Part shown: piece after piece, positions 25,538 through 38,080 of the stretch
How positions within the stretch are numbered: position 1 is the first letter of the stretch
How the letters are laid out: every line of letters begins with the position of its first letter
From: Chiloscyllium plagiosum
Lineage: Eukaryota
Direction: 5' to 3'
DNA: 64,000 nucleotides
Assembly: GCF_004010195.1 (NCBI RefSeq)
Contig: NC_057724.1
Coordinates: 6,948,786 to 7,012,785 of the forward strand
Program-made: the position numbers and the translations under genes
The notes under the pieces: model-generated
The model's input: the letters and a program-made list of their open reading frames with translations, nothing else
What the model was told of the DNA's origin: nothing
Database searches by the model: none

Positions 25538-25989
25538 ATACATAAACCTCTGACTATTTTAAAACTGTCCACATTTCTGTAATCCTTGGCTATGACTCAC
25601 TGGATAGAGCTGAGGGAGTCACACATTGCCTGCCATGCTGCACTCAGTCTTTTGCTGGATGCTTACATTTATTGCATCCCTAAACATCAAACAAAAACAA
25701 GTATCTGCAAAAACCTTCATCTGTCATTTGACTCTGAACAGTTCAAATCCCTACCAGCCAAAATCAGGCAGTAAGAGCAAATTTAAAATGATATCTTTTC
25801 TTTCTGTACTTTTTCTTGGCTTGTAGGAGAATGCTGACCAGCCACTGGTTGAAATGGTTTGAAAAAATGCCAGGGAGCAAATTTTGAAAATGTTTATTTC
25901 AATATGAGTCGGCCAGCATCTTTACAATTCTTCTAACAACCTTCTGCTCTCACTATACCTGGAACCCAATTGTTTTCAAAGCTTCTTAG

Positions 25990-26236
25990 AATAGAATCCT
26001 ACAGTATGGAAGCAAGTCATTTGGCCCATCGAGTCTGTACCAATCCCTGGACCCTATGGTGCAATTTAGCATGGCCAATCCACCAACCTACACATCTTTG
26101 GACTGAGGGAGAAACCCGAACACCTGGAGGAAGCCCACGCAGACACAAGGAGACTGTGCAAACTCCACACAGACAGTTGCCGGAGGCTGGAATCGAACCC
26201 GGGCACCTTGTGCTGTGAGGCACCAGTGCTAACCAT
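25990..26236 (-). mobile_element. HE1-type SINE, internally deleted
   Basis: GGAATCGAACC B-box reverse and GTGCTAACCA head reverse; tail TAGAATCCTACAG. Confidence 0.85.
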
Positions 26237-27089
26237 TAAGCTCTCGGACCAGGACCATTCTTCAAATCCAGGTCACCATCATATCACTCCAGTCAGTGCT
26301 GGTAAACCCTGGCTACTTGGCTTTCCACTGTTGCATCATACAAACTATCTTCTACATATTTCCAGCCTCAAAACAGCAAAGTATAATAGTTAACTCGAGG
26401 CATCATAGATAATGTATAAAATATAATGGTAACTCACTTGCCGTTATGAAATAATGGGATGGCTTGTACGACTCAATTCCCAAAACACCAGTGAGAAAAA
26501 CAATTATGGAAAGTATTTAAATAAAAATGAACCTTGAGTCATTCTATTTTGCAATCCTGTTGTTACTCCCTCTGCCCAACAATATCAAAGCAGCATGTTC
26601 TCTGACTCAGAGCTAACAACACCACGGCAGATTGACTGGTTACATCAATAAATAGCAGTGCTGTTTTACAATCCTTAATTTAAATTTAAATGGATCAGTT
26701 ATTAGCTTCTAATTCTTATTAACAACAGAATATTTTGTAAGATAATGAGCATGGATTTGATTATCAACACAGACCATACCCAACGTTTCATGTCATTCCC
26801 TCCACAAGTCACCCCCACCTTCTCAGGGGCAATTAGAGCTGGTGACAAGTGATGGTCTTGTCAGAATTGCTCACATTCCATGAATAAATTTTTCAAAAAC
26901 TAATCTATTTCAAGAAGCAGATAAATAAACAAGAGGAGAGGTCCAGTTACCACAACATATAATAGAGGCAGTTTGACAGTGGGCACTAACTGAGTGCAAC
27001 TTCTGAAATGATACAGCACACACTCACTTCATTACACAATCCTTTTATGATCCCAAGTGTGAATGTCAACTTCTTATTACTATAGGTTA

Positions 27090-27250
27090 CTTATTACGTC
27101 AAGAAACACATTTATATGCAAAGAAAATCACAAAACTAATTTGCATGCAAAACTAAAAGCCTCAGCTGCCTAATTGTATAACTCTATTTCCAGTTCCATG
27201 TATGCTAATTTATTTATATGCAAATGAGTTAATCCCTGTGTAATGGCTGC
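27090..27250. promoter_or_regulatory. Candidate enhancer: cluster of POU/octamer and homeobox motifs
   Basis: ATTTGCAT 27139-27146, ATGCAAAT 27218-27225, ATGCTAAT 27202-27209, ATGCAAAG 27116, ATGCAAAA 27145, CRE-like TTACGTCA at about 27094, in sequence I do not recognise as a repeat. Confidence 0.4.
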
Positions 27251-27334
27251 TGAGATACAGAGAATAAAAATTGCACTCATTACTCTGCAGTCCAGCATCA
27301 GATACATCGTGTTATGGATTTCTCATTGAGTCTC

Positions 27335-27600
27335 AAAGCTCAGGGGCACAAACCACACTCCAGAGCACATAAAGACAATTGAGGGTGGGCACTAAATGTT
27401 GATCCTGCCAGGGGACACTCCAGTGCAGTGTGGGTTGGTACTGTACTATTGGAGGGGTTGCCTTTTGGATGAGATTTTAGGTTAAGCACCTTGTCTGTTC
27501 TCATGTGAGAACAGAGAAAATCCCCATTGCATTATTTTAAAGAACACAGCCCATCTCATTGGTGGTTGAGGGAGCCTGATGTACAGAAATTGGCTGCTGA
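27335..27600 (+). mobile_element. DeuSINE (SacSINE1/AmnSINE1-like) relic
   Basis: GACACTCCAGTGCAG..TACTATTGGAGGGGTTGCCTTTTGGATGAGA..ATCCCCATTGCATTATTTTAAAGAA resembles the Deu core domain. Confidence 0.55.
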
Positions 27601-28220
27601 TTTATTAGAATCACAAGATTACCGCACAGGAGAAGGTCATTTAGTCAGTTGTGTCCATGCCAACTCTGTGACAAAGCAACTCGACTATTCTCACTTCCCT
27701 GCCTATCCCCTGCAGTTCACCAAATTGATTTTTCATTTCAGGTGTTTATCTAAGCTTTCTTATTGAATCGGACTTCATCACACTCTCAGGTTGTATTTTC
27801 CTGATTCCAACCACTCACTCAATAAAAACATTTTCCTTCTGTTGGCTGTTGGTTCTTTTACCACTTACTTTAATATGAGGTGAAATGGACTGTGCTGGTG
27901 TCATTTAAATGTGTGAGGTATCAAGAAGCTCTAACAAAACTGGAGTTAATGGAAGTCACAGGATTGGAGTCATACCTAGCTCAAAGGAAGATGATTGTGG
28001 TTTTTGGAGGTAACTCACCTCAATCCCACCACTTCAAAAGCTTGGGCTCAACTATCTTCAGCAGCTTGGTCGATGACTTTCCCTCCCCCACAAAGGTAAA
28101 GGCTTCCTCAGCCCTATATCATATTCAGCAGAATTCACAAATCTCCAGATCCTAAAGCAATCCATGCCTAAATACGGCAAAACCTGGAGGTGCAAGCTTG
28201 GGCTGGTTCATAGCAAATAA

Positions 28221-28520
28221 GGAGGAGAAAGTGAGGTCTGCAGATGCTGGAGATCAAAGTTGAAACTTTATTGCTGTAACAGCACAGCAGGTCAGGCAGC
28301 ATCCAGGGAACAGGAAATTCGACGTTTCGGGCACAGGCCCTTCTTCAGGAACCGCCAAACCACAACAACCCGACGGTCGGTGGAGGAGCGTCTTATCTTC
28401 CGACTGGGAACCCTCCAACCGCAGGGGATGAACTTGGACCTCACCAGTTTCTTCATCCCCCCTCCCTGTTCCCTGGATGCTGCCTGACCTGCTGTGCTGT
28501 TCCAGCAATAAAGTTTCAAC
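28221..28520. mobile_element. Young fold-back PLE family A insertion with GIY-YIG C-terminal fragment
   Basis: 14-bp TSD TTCATAGCAAATAA at 28207-28220 and 28521-28534; inverted arms; middle encodes RRSVEERLIFRLGTLQPQGMNLD, typical of a PLE ORF end. Confidence 0.88.
28316..28352 (-). ncRNA. Minimal hammerhead ribozyme motif (PLE family A)
   Basis: Reverse complement reads uuc-CUGAAGA-A-GGGC-CUGU-GCCC-GAAAC-GUC-gaau. Confidence 0.78.
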
Positions 28521-29189
28521 TTCATAGCAAATAACATTTGTGTCGCACAAGTGCCAGGCATTTACCATTTCAAAGAAGAGAAATTCTCTAAGCTTCACTT
28601 CTCCAAAGGGAAAGGTCTTAGCTTCTCCAAACTGCCAATGTCACTGAAGCTGGAACCATTCTCAGTCAACCTGTTCTGCATTGTCTCTTCAGCCTTTACA
28701 TCTTTTCTAAACTGCAGTGCCCACCTCAAATGGTCCATTTCAAAACATTGTTTCAACTAATTCTAACTGCCACTTTCAATGATAAATGCACAATTAACCC
28801 CAGCTCTCTGTTCATGCATACCCTTTAGAATAGTACCCTTTAATTTAATTTCATTTGTCACTTATCCACCTATTCCATCAGCCCATTTGTCCCTTTGAAG
28901 TATCACTCTTACCCTCAAAATTTACAATTCTTCCAAGTGTAGTGCCACCTTCAAATTTTCAAGTCTAGATCATTAAAATATATCAAGAAAAGCAGTGATC
29001 CGTGTTTCAATCTCTGGAGAAGCCCATTTTATACCTTCCTTCCAACCAAAAGCAACAATTCACTACTATTCTCTTATTAGCTGCCATTCAACCAATCAAT
29101 GATGTTAATGTCTTTGGTTATTCCATAGACTTCAGCTTTGTTGACATCAGAAAAGTGACTACACTTCATTGACTCTAACATTTGGTTAA

Positions 29190-29318
29190 GTACATGAATA
29201 GGAAAGGTTTGGAGGGATAATGGGCCAGGAGCAGGAAGGTGGGACTAGTTTAGTTTGACTATGTTCGGCATGGACTGGATGGATCGAAGGGTCTGTTTCC
29301 GTGCTGTGTGACTCTATA
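29190..29318 (+). mobile_element. CR1 3' end fragment
   Basis: ATGAATAGGAAAGG..GAAGGGTCTGTTTCCGTGCTGT..GACTCT. Confidence 0.8.
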
Positions 29319-29766
29319 ACATTACGAGGCCATGAAGTGTGCTATCGAATTGCGAGTTCTTTCTTAAATTTGTAACTTATGCACTTTTGGACTGTGCAAG
29401 GACCTTTTTTTTATTTTGAACTGTGGACTAAAAGCAGAAAAAATGGACCTCATTTTAAACAGGGATAACAAAGTGTGCACGGAGTTTATTTGCAACTTGT
29501 AAAAAAGCAAGCAAAGTTAAGTGATGCGTATGAAACAATGTTAATTTTTTGGCACAAAGAATTTGGACAAATTGGTGCAATCTTTTGTGGGTTCACCTGA
29601 GCTCAGCATGGTAACAGCTTTCAGATTGATCCAGCTGCAGATTAATACAGACTGGATGATTGGACTGCAAATAGAAACCTCCAGGCACCAGTGATAACAG
29701 CATCTCTCTACCTGCTTTCTCTGTAAATTGCTCTGTCCCACTCTTTATCAAAAGAACAGGAAAGGC

Positions 29767-30047
29767 GACATTCCAACCTCAGGTGACATTCCAACCTCAG
29801 GTGACCAAGTGTGTGGAGTTTGCACGTTCTCCCCATGTCTACGTGGGTTTCCTCCGGGTGCTCAGGTTTCCTCCCACAGTCACAAAGGTGTGCAGGTCAG
29901 GTGAATTGGCAATGCTAAATTGCTCATTGTGTGCATTAGTCAGAGGGAGATGGGTCTGGGTGGATTGCTCTTCGGAGGGTCGGTGTGGACTTGTTGTGCC
30001 GAAGGGCCTGTTTCCACACTGTAAGGAATCTAATCTAATCTAATCTA
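29767..30047 (+). mobile_element. 5'-truncated HE1-type SINE with an 18-bp tandem duplication at its 5' junction
   Basis: GACATTCCAACCTCAGGT twice (29767-29802), SINE body, (AATCT)n tail. Confidence 0.85.
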
Positions 30048-30433
30048 AAAGAAAGAATTCCAAAATATCAAGGAAAGCAAAGACTCTGGGTCCAACCGCT
30101 CAATCAGTGAATCAAAATCTGATCATCACTTTGCAGACAACATTGTGTCATCATCGATAACAATTAAGACAATTGCTGAGAACAGATCATTCTACTTTTG
30201 TAATCTGAAATGTGATGCCGAACTATGACTTTCACTTTTGTGTCCCCATTCATACTATTGTGTCAGTCTGTCTATCCTCTGTCTTATTTGTGAACTAATG
30301 TATATTTGGGGTAAGAGACGTATAGCTTAAGTTTAATAATATTGTAATTAAAAATAGTTGACGATGGAACTCCAATGAGAACCTCAAAGTAATTAAAAGT
30401 CTGTCTTGGTCATTTTGTTAAAGTTTAAAGGTA

Positions 30434-30652
30434 CACTCAGTTCTGATATAATGCGATACTTCAATTCTCGTGCAATCTTCCGTTATAAGAAAACTGCACG
30501 ATAGCCACGCCATTTAAACTAATGAGGCTGGAACTGCGTTATAGCCAATGCAAGTAAGGAAAGTTTGCATTCTACAAATAACAGCCTAAACTCTTCAATC
30601 ACATTAAAGCCAATTTGTGTTGAAGAAACACGCATTATAGCAGAACTGACTG
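30434..30652. mobile_element. MITE of the Tc1/mariner-pogo type
   Basis: TIRs CACTCAGTTCTGATATAATGCG and CGCATTATAGCAGAACTGACTG, with TA on both sides. Confidence 0.85.
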
Positions 30653-30959
30653 TATATGATAAATAGAGTTACTTTTCCTTTTAGATTCAAATACATTTGT
30701 CACAACTTGTGGGAATACTCAGGCGTGATTATCGGCATCATCTTCTCAAACGGGTCACGACCAGCTAAAAAGGAATATCAAGTTAATTTTTAAATAATGA
30801 TATGTTAGAAACTGTCCAGGAGCAAAGACACTTCCAAGGGATCCACATACAGAAATCATGACATTCTAGATATGAGACCTAATGGAATGTTCACCATGAT
30901 CTTGAGTGGGTTGAATCATAAGAGCACTAAAAATCTGTTCCATTCAATCCTACAAATCT

Positions 30960-31275
30960 TTTAGAGTCCCTTAGAGAGTCCCTACAATGTGGAAACAGGT
31001 CATTCGGCCCAACAAGTCCACAGTAAGCCTCCAAACGGTATCCCTCCCAGACCCATCACAGCCATCGCACCTCACTTACACTTCCCTGAACACTATGAGC
31101 AATTTAGCATGGCCGATCCACTTGACGTGCTCATCTTTGGACTGTGGGAGGAAACCGGAGCACCTGGCAGACATCCTGGCAGACATCCACGCGGACATAG
31201 GGAGAATGTGCAAACTCTGCACAGATAGTCGCCCGCGGGTGGAAGAGAACCTGGGTCCCTGGCGATGTGAGGCAT
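30960..31275 (-). mobile_element. HE1-type SINE with internal 12-bp duplication (CCTGGCAGACAT twice)
   Basis: Reverse HE1 body GCAATTTAGCATGGCC..TTTGGACTGTGGGAGGAAACC. Confidence 0.85.
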
Positions 31276-33287
31276 CGATGAAGAAATTTTATCTGATCAG
31301 TTCTGGGTACCACACCATGAAAAATGTTGAGAGAAAATAAAGTTAAATGATGAGGCAGGTTGAATAGTAAGGGATGATCTAATTGAGGAGTTTGAAATGA
31401 TTCAAGCATTTAAGAGTGTAGAACATAAGAATTAGGAACAAGACTAAGTAATTCAGCTCCTGAAGGCGGTTCCATCTTTTAATTAGATAACAATGTTGAA
31501 AAGCTTATTTCTCTTGGTGGAGGTTCCTTACCCCCAGGCATTTCCTTAGCATTAGAGTTAGGCCATTTGGGTAATGTCAGGAAGCCCTTCTTCACAAGAA
31601 GACACCCAGAACCCTCCAGATAATAGTTACTGATGGGGCTCCATTGAGAATATCAAAGCACACTGACAAAGGTATTAACAGTTGCACAAACAGGGACTCT
31701 AGGCAAACTTAAGAGCCAGCTCAGAAATGACTTAATTGAACACCAGAATAGGTGTGAATGGCTGAGTAGCTCATGTTCCTATCTTCCAAACAGTTTGAAA
31801 ATTAATGACAGTGCAATAATTTTTAAAATACTGCATTTCAAGTAAAGCACAGCGTTCAGTGTGGAGTGGACATTCGAGCCAGAGAATCAGAGCGAAGACA
31901 ATTTTTCCCCTAATTGAACATGTTGGTCGTTAACATATTATAACTCTTCCGTCCAACACTAAGATTCAGTGTTGTGCTGACAGCAATTTGACTATCTCTT
32001 CCATGACCTGAATGCTAATGGCACAGCTGTCACACTGTATAATGAATCTGTTGGTCATGAACACAACGCACAGTAATGCATTCTAACTGAAACCAATTGC
32101 AGATTTTATTTAAAGACAAATTGCTGCGCTTGCTGGCATTTGAGTCCATGCAAGTTTATGGCTTCACAAGGAGCCTTGCTGAGTTTTAAATTACATTTGC
32201 TCGCTAGCTCCCTAATATTATATTTACACCTTTCTTTACGGAAAACGTGCCATTGCTGTAAAGAAAGCTCAGATGAACAAACAGATTCATTATGCTGCTG
32301 ACCATGAAATTGTTGGTGAAATGATAAACCATTTTGTCAACATTAGTTTATTTTTTAAAAAAAGAGAGTAATCTGTGGTGTGGAAGAGATAGATCTTGAC
32401 TGTTAATTCCCTGCAAATCGCTGGAGGATTTTAACCACTCAGCCCCAATAAAGCCCCAAAGCTTGCACCATGATGATGTTTGAATGGAACCACCATGATA
32501 TGTCTGGATTTATGTCCATGATGTAGATTAATGGTGCTGCAGACATAGAGCTGGTACTTCTGGTTGATGTGAATTATATGAGTTATGGATGTTGTTGTGT
32601 AAAGTAATAATGATCGGAAAGGATGGACAGACTCTGCCTCTCAGGACACAAAGGACTGTTCCTGAGAGGAGCTAACCAGAGTTTCTAGAGAGTATTTGGA
32701 GCCCATTGCCTTCTACCGATGCTGTGTTAGAGTGTTTTAGTCACTGTAATGGGAACACATTCTTGAATTGAGCCTGACATCTCACAAACAACAATGTTAG
32801 TTTTCCTCTTTCCTTTTTCATGGGTTGTAAGCATCACTGGTGTTGCCCAGCTCTAATTGCTCTTGAGTGGTTTGTTGGGGCCAGTTCAGAGGGCAGTTAC
32901 AAGTCAACCGTATTGTTCAGAGACTATAGTCACCTGTAATCTAAGATTGGGTGAGAATGAGTGATTTCCTTCTTGAAAACGGACATTAATAAATCAGATT
33001 GATTTTACAACAATTGATAATAGTTGCTAAGATTACCAACACTAACATTAAGATTTTCCTATTTTGAGTCAGTGTTTTTTTTTAAAATGAGATTCATGGC
33101 ATCCAGTCTGCCATGATTCACTGCATGTTTTGTCACTCAATCTTCCTCTCTTTATCTCATTCATGATGCGTTCAGCCTCTACAGCATACCTCATGGGCAA
33201 AGACATGTACAAGTTCTGGCAGGAACATCCAGTGTCCCAACAGTTGGCACCATATTTAAGCCCCAGTCACACTTCGTAGAAGGCCGA

Positions 33288-33597
33288 CAGTGTGGAAACA
33301 GGCCATTCAGCCCAACAAGTCCACACCAACTTTCCAGACAGTAACCCACCCAGACCCATTACCCATGACTAATGCACCTAATCCACACACCCCTGAACAC
33401 TCTGGGCAATTTAGCATGGCTAATTCAGCTAACCTGCACACGTTTGGACTGTGGGAGAAAACTGGAGCACCCGGAGGAAACACATGCAGATATGGGGAGA
33501 ACATGCAAACTCCACACAGATGGTCACCTGAGGCTGGAATCGAACCTGGGTCCCTGGCTCCGTGAGGCAGCAGTACTAACCACTGAGTCACCGTGCT
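33288..33597 (-). mobile_element. HE1-type SINE
   Basis: Complete reverse head GGAATCGAACC..GAGGCAGCAGTACTAACCACTGAGTCACCGTG. Confidence 0.9.
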
Positions 33598-34570
33598 GTC
33601 TCCCTAGAACATCTGGATAACAAGGACACCTACACCAGAGTCCTATTTATTGAGTTTAGCTCTGCCTTCAACATCATAATTCCAACAAAACTCATCTCCA
33701 AACTTCAAGACCTAGGACTCTGCTCCCCCCTCTGCATACAGTAAGGATAGGTGACAACACCTTCCGCAAAACAATCCTCAATACCAGTGCCCCACAGGCT
33801 GCTTACTCAGCTACTTACTATATTCCTTACACACTCACAACTGTGTGGCCAAATTCAGCTCTAACTCCATTTACAAGTTTGCTGATGACACCACTGTGGT
33901 TGGTTGGATCTCACACAATGACGAGACAGGAAAATGCTAAAACGTTTAAAGGCATGGTATAAAGACAACAATCTCTCCTTCAATGTCAGAAAAATGAAGG
34001 AGCTGGTCATCAACTTCAGGAAGCAGAGTGGAGGACACATCCCTGTTTGGTGTTGAGATGGAGGTAGTCAAGAGCTTCAAGTTCCTAGGAGTAAGTATCA
34101 CCAACAATCTACCCTGGTCCATCCATATCAATGCTATGGTCAAGAAAGCAAATCAATGCCTCTAGTTCTTCAGAAGGCTCAAGAAATTTGATATATCCAC
34201 AATGACTCTTACCATTTTTTTTGCTGTACCATAGAAACCATCTTATCCGGATGTGTCACAGCTTGGTATGACAACTGGTCTTCCCCAGACCACAAGAAAT
34301 TCTCGAGGGTTGTGAACACAGCCCAGGCAGTCTTCCTTCCATTGACTCCGCCTACACTTCCCACTGCCTCAGGAATGCAGCCAACGTAATCAAAGACCCC
34401 TACCACCCACTTCCATCAGACAGTGGCCTACCAAAACATTCAAGAACAATTTCTTCCCAGCCATTATCAGGCTTACAGATGGACTGCTCATATTTGCAGT
34501 TTTTGAGAAGATTTGTAGCTCAGGTTGTTGTTCAGGTTGTAAGTTTGCCTGCTGAGCTGGCACCTTAGTT

Positions 34571-34612
34571 CCCAGACGTTTCATCACCATGCTGGGTAAC
34601 ATCATCAGTGAG
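34571..34612 (-). ncRNA. Hammerhead ribozyme motif (PLE family B)
   Basis: Reverse complement reads cuca-CUGAUGA-U-GUUACC-CAGCAU-GGUGAU-GAAAC-GUC-uggg. Confidence 0.78.
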
Positions 34613-35088
34613 CCTCTGTTAAAGCGCTGTCCTGCTTTCTATTTGTATGTCTTGGTCTACCAACACACTGAATCAGCTCTTGATTAATCTAAAGGACGCT
34701 GTACCAACAATGAGTAGAACAAACATCGTATACAAAATACTCTGCAAGGACTGCAACAAACATTATATCAGACAGATGGGCAGGAAACTGGCCACTAGGA
34801 TACATGAGCACTAAAAGACACAACCAACTATCACTACTTTCCTTATACACAGACAACGAGGGACACCAGTTCGACGAGGACAATATGTAAATCTTGGGAC
34901 AGGCTAAACAAAGACATACACAGGAATTCCTGGAGGCCTGGCAGTCAAATCAGAACTCCATTAACAAAAACATTGATTTGGACCCCATTTACCAACCTCT
35001 GAGAAAAAGAACTGGAAGTGATATCACCCCACAACAGACCAAACACATAAACAGAAAGCAGGACATAACACCAATGCTTCAACAATGG

Positions 35089-35130
35089 CTCACTGATGAT
35101 GTTGCCTAGCATAGTGACGAAACATCTGAG
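35089..35130 (+). ncRNA. Hammerhead ribozyme motif (PLE family B)
   Basis: cuca-CUGAUGA-U-GUUGCC-UAGCAU-AGUGAC-GAAAC-AUC-ugag; stem I CUCA/UGAG is perfect. Confidence 0.72.
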
Positions 35131-37003
35131 AACAAACCTTCCAGCTCAGCGAGCAAATTTACAACCTGGACTGCACCTCTCTCTGCACCTTCTCTGCAGC
35201 TGTAACACTATATTCTACATTCTGTTCTGTTAACCTGATGTGCTTTTGTAAGGTATGATTTTCCTGGAAAGCAGGCAAGACAATCCTTTCAACATGTGAC
35301 AATAATAAATCAAATTCTACTACATGTCAGGAGCTGCCCAGGAGAAACCCAGGAGAGGATTCAACAGTTATGATCAGATCCCAGAAAAGCAGATTATCTC
35401 TTTTCTGCACTGACAGATCCTGGTGGGTGAAGACCCCTATCAGACCCAGTGCTGGACTGGAACAATCACTTTGGAAATGGGAAGAATGGTTCTGCCCTAT
35501 TGACAGCCAACCCAAAACCACACAAACAAGATGTGGCCAGGTTTAGTTGGGGGAAACCTAATAAGATTTGAGCAGAGGTGTCATGATTTGAAGTTGTGCA
35601 ACATGTTTTTGAGGCTTTTACATTGCCAGTGAGGCATTTTTCCAGGCAGATGATCGCACAGTCTCCACCATGAATGACTTTGTCAAAATGCATAGACAGG
35701 ATCACGAAAAGCACACAGCTTTGTCCGAGACATTTGGATTGAAGGGTGGAGTATTTCACCAACTTTGTCAGCGCTGCACTGGCTCCAACATGTAGAGAGT
35801 GGAGTTGTTGGTAACCATCATGTAGGCCTGGTCCAGCAGAGCATCTGCCTTTATACGCACACAGGCCTGTACTTCCTTTCTGTACTGAAGCAAGAGAGTG
35901 ATTAAAAAGAAAACCTCAAGCTCACAGGGAGACAGGATGGTGCAAAAAGACACCTAGGAGGAGGAGAAGCCACAGATGGCACCCCTAGGTAGGATATTCC
36001 AGAGGTACATAAACCCTCCACCTAGCTACTGCATGTGGGCATCTGTCTGTATATGGGATCGATAGCCTAAGCTAATGCCAACAAGAAAGATTTGTGGCAA
36101 TCAATCTATCAAGGACATCCCAGACACTAAAAGCGAAAATCAATACATGTCAGATGGTGATGACAATGGGCATTTGAAGATATCATTTAACCTACCACAG
36201 TGGATGATGCAGCCTTATATTAAGAAGGTTTCCCTTAAATTAGAAATGCTGGATTCAGACAAAGCTGGTTATGATTTTTAACCACTTACTGAATCCGACT
36301 ATTCACCTGAAGCCTCAGGCTTTTGAATTTGAGGGGCAGGGAGACTCCGAACAGGAGCTGCCCCCAGCCTTACTGCCCACTGTAGACATTTTCAAAGAAT
36401 GTACAAGATGAGAATCAAACTGTTAGGCTGCATCATGAATGCACCTTCTGTGAGCATTAAGTCCAGGAATGGGGCATATAATTCCAGCTATGGAAATTCA
36501 GAATACAAAGTGTGGACCCTCACTCCTGCAGGTGGCCCATTCTTTCCCAGCATTTTCTTGTATTTTAAATTATTTTCTGTTTCTGCTTTTCTGTCTCTTC
36601 TTTCTCTGTCATCTTCCTTGCCCTCCCTTTAATTCTCTTTCTCTGTCTAATTTGGCTCTAAAACATTCGATTTGGTTTCTGCTCTTTCCTTCTGATTTTC
36701 TCCCTCTCGCTTTGGTTAAGGAGACAGGTCTGAGCAACCAATGCTCAGGAGGTTTCAGATGCCCCATTGATGTTGTAACATCATTATGAAACCGCATTGG
36801 CTGCAATTTGTGGTGCAGGCATTAATGATCTCTAGGAGGAAGTCCAACCCTTAGTATTCACGGCCTGATGTTTAATCCCCACACTAACCCCACACCCCCA
36901 TCCCAAATCTAGCTCAGTGGAAACATGGGAATCAGTAATTTTTGTTTCCAGTTACAATAAGATGGAGAATAAGTGAGAGTGTTGTATCTAAACATATAAT
37001 CCA

Positions 37004-37430
37004 TCAGCACAGAAACAGAGCCCCCCTTTGGTCCAACTCATCTATGCTGATCAGATATCCTAAATTAATCTAGTCCCATTTGCCAGTAGTTGGCCCCTAT
37101 CCCTTTAAAGCCTTCCTATTCATATATCCATCCAGATGCCTTTTAAATGTTGTAATTGTACCAGCCTCTACCACTTCCTCTGGCAGCTCATTCCATACAC
37201 GCACCACCCTCTGCGTGAAAAGGCTACCACTTTGGTCCCTTTAAAATCTTTCTTCTGTCACCATAAACCTACGTCTTCTAGTTTTGGACTCCCCTATCCT
37301 GGGAAAAAGGTCCTTGGCTATTCACCCTCTCAATGCCCCTTATGATGTTATAAACTTCTATAAGATCAGCCTCTGACGCTCCAGGGAAAATAGCCCCAGC
37401 CTATTCAGCCTCTCACTAGAGCTCAAACCC
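37004..37430 (-). mobile_element. CR1/HER1 3' fragment
   Basis: Reverse of the CR1 3' UTR and coding end. Confidence 0.88.
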
Positions 37431-37884
37431 TCTATCTGACTCTATGGCTCTATATATGTGATCTATATATAGCGGAACTGAACTCATCAGTTTAAAAAAG
37501 TCAGCAGTGTAGACTGCACATCAGCAAATGCCCTTTGTGAACAGACTTCCACTCAAAACAAACATAAATGTATGAGTTAGGAATAAGGTAGGCCATTAAA
37601 CCCTTCTAGCCTGGTCTGTCTTCCTATAAGATCATGACTGACCTGATTATGGCATATTCCCATCTACCCCTGATAACCATTCACTCCCTTCCTTATCAAT
37701 GATCTAGCTACCTCTCCCTTGAGAGTATTCAAGGACTCTGGATCCACTGTGAAACTATGAGTTCTCGTCCTTTCCACCTGCAACCAGTGAAAACACCTCT
37801 TAGACACTCCTTGGGCGAGAAATTATTTAGAATCTGGTAAAATGTAATCCTGTTTCAGAGATCAAACTTATTCAACAAATTGAC

Positions 37885-38080
37885 GATTTGTGGGTGTTGG
37901 GAAATCTGAAACCGAAACAGTGATTGCTGGAGAAATTCAGCAGGTCTGTCAGCTTTGGTGGAGAAAAGGCAAAGTTCACTTTTCAGAATGGAAGTGTCAT
38001 TGGCCCTGAAATGTTGACTCCGCTGTCTCTCCACTGATGCTGCCATATCTGCTGAGTTTCTCCAGCAATATCTATTTTCA
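37885..38080. mobile_element. Palindromic PLE family C mini-element, diverged
   Basis: TTGCTGGAGAAATTCAGCAGG and CTGCTGAGTTTCTCCAGCAA are inverted arms around a decayed hammerhead (GTCATTGGCCCTGAAATGTTGAC). Confidence 0.65.

Larger units (their letters stand above)
34497..35166 (+). mobile_element. PLE family B (Poseidon-like): inverted pLTR, GIY-YIG fragment, pLTR
   Basis: About 34709-34810 reads SRTNIVYKILCKDCNKHYIRQMGRKLATRIHEH, then LGQAKQRH..EFLEAW..NSINK. Region 34497-34660 is an inverted copy of the 3' end. Confidence 0.88.
33612..35315 (+). mobile_element. Rex1/Babar-type LINE 3' portion, interrupted by a PLE at 34497-35166
   Basis: [35 protein letters not shown]; YKFADDTTVVG; 3' tail CATGTGACAATAATAAATCAAAT. 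Confidence 0.8.
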
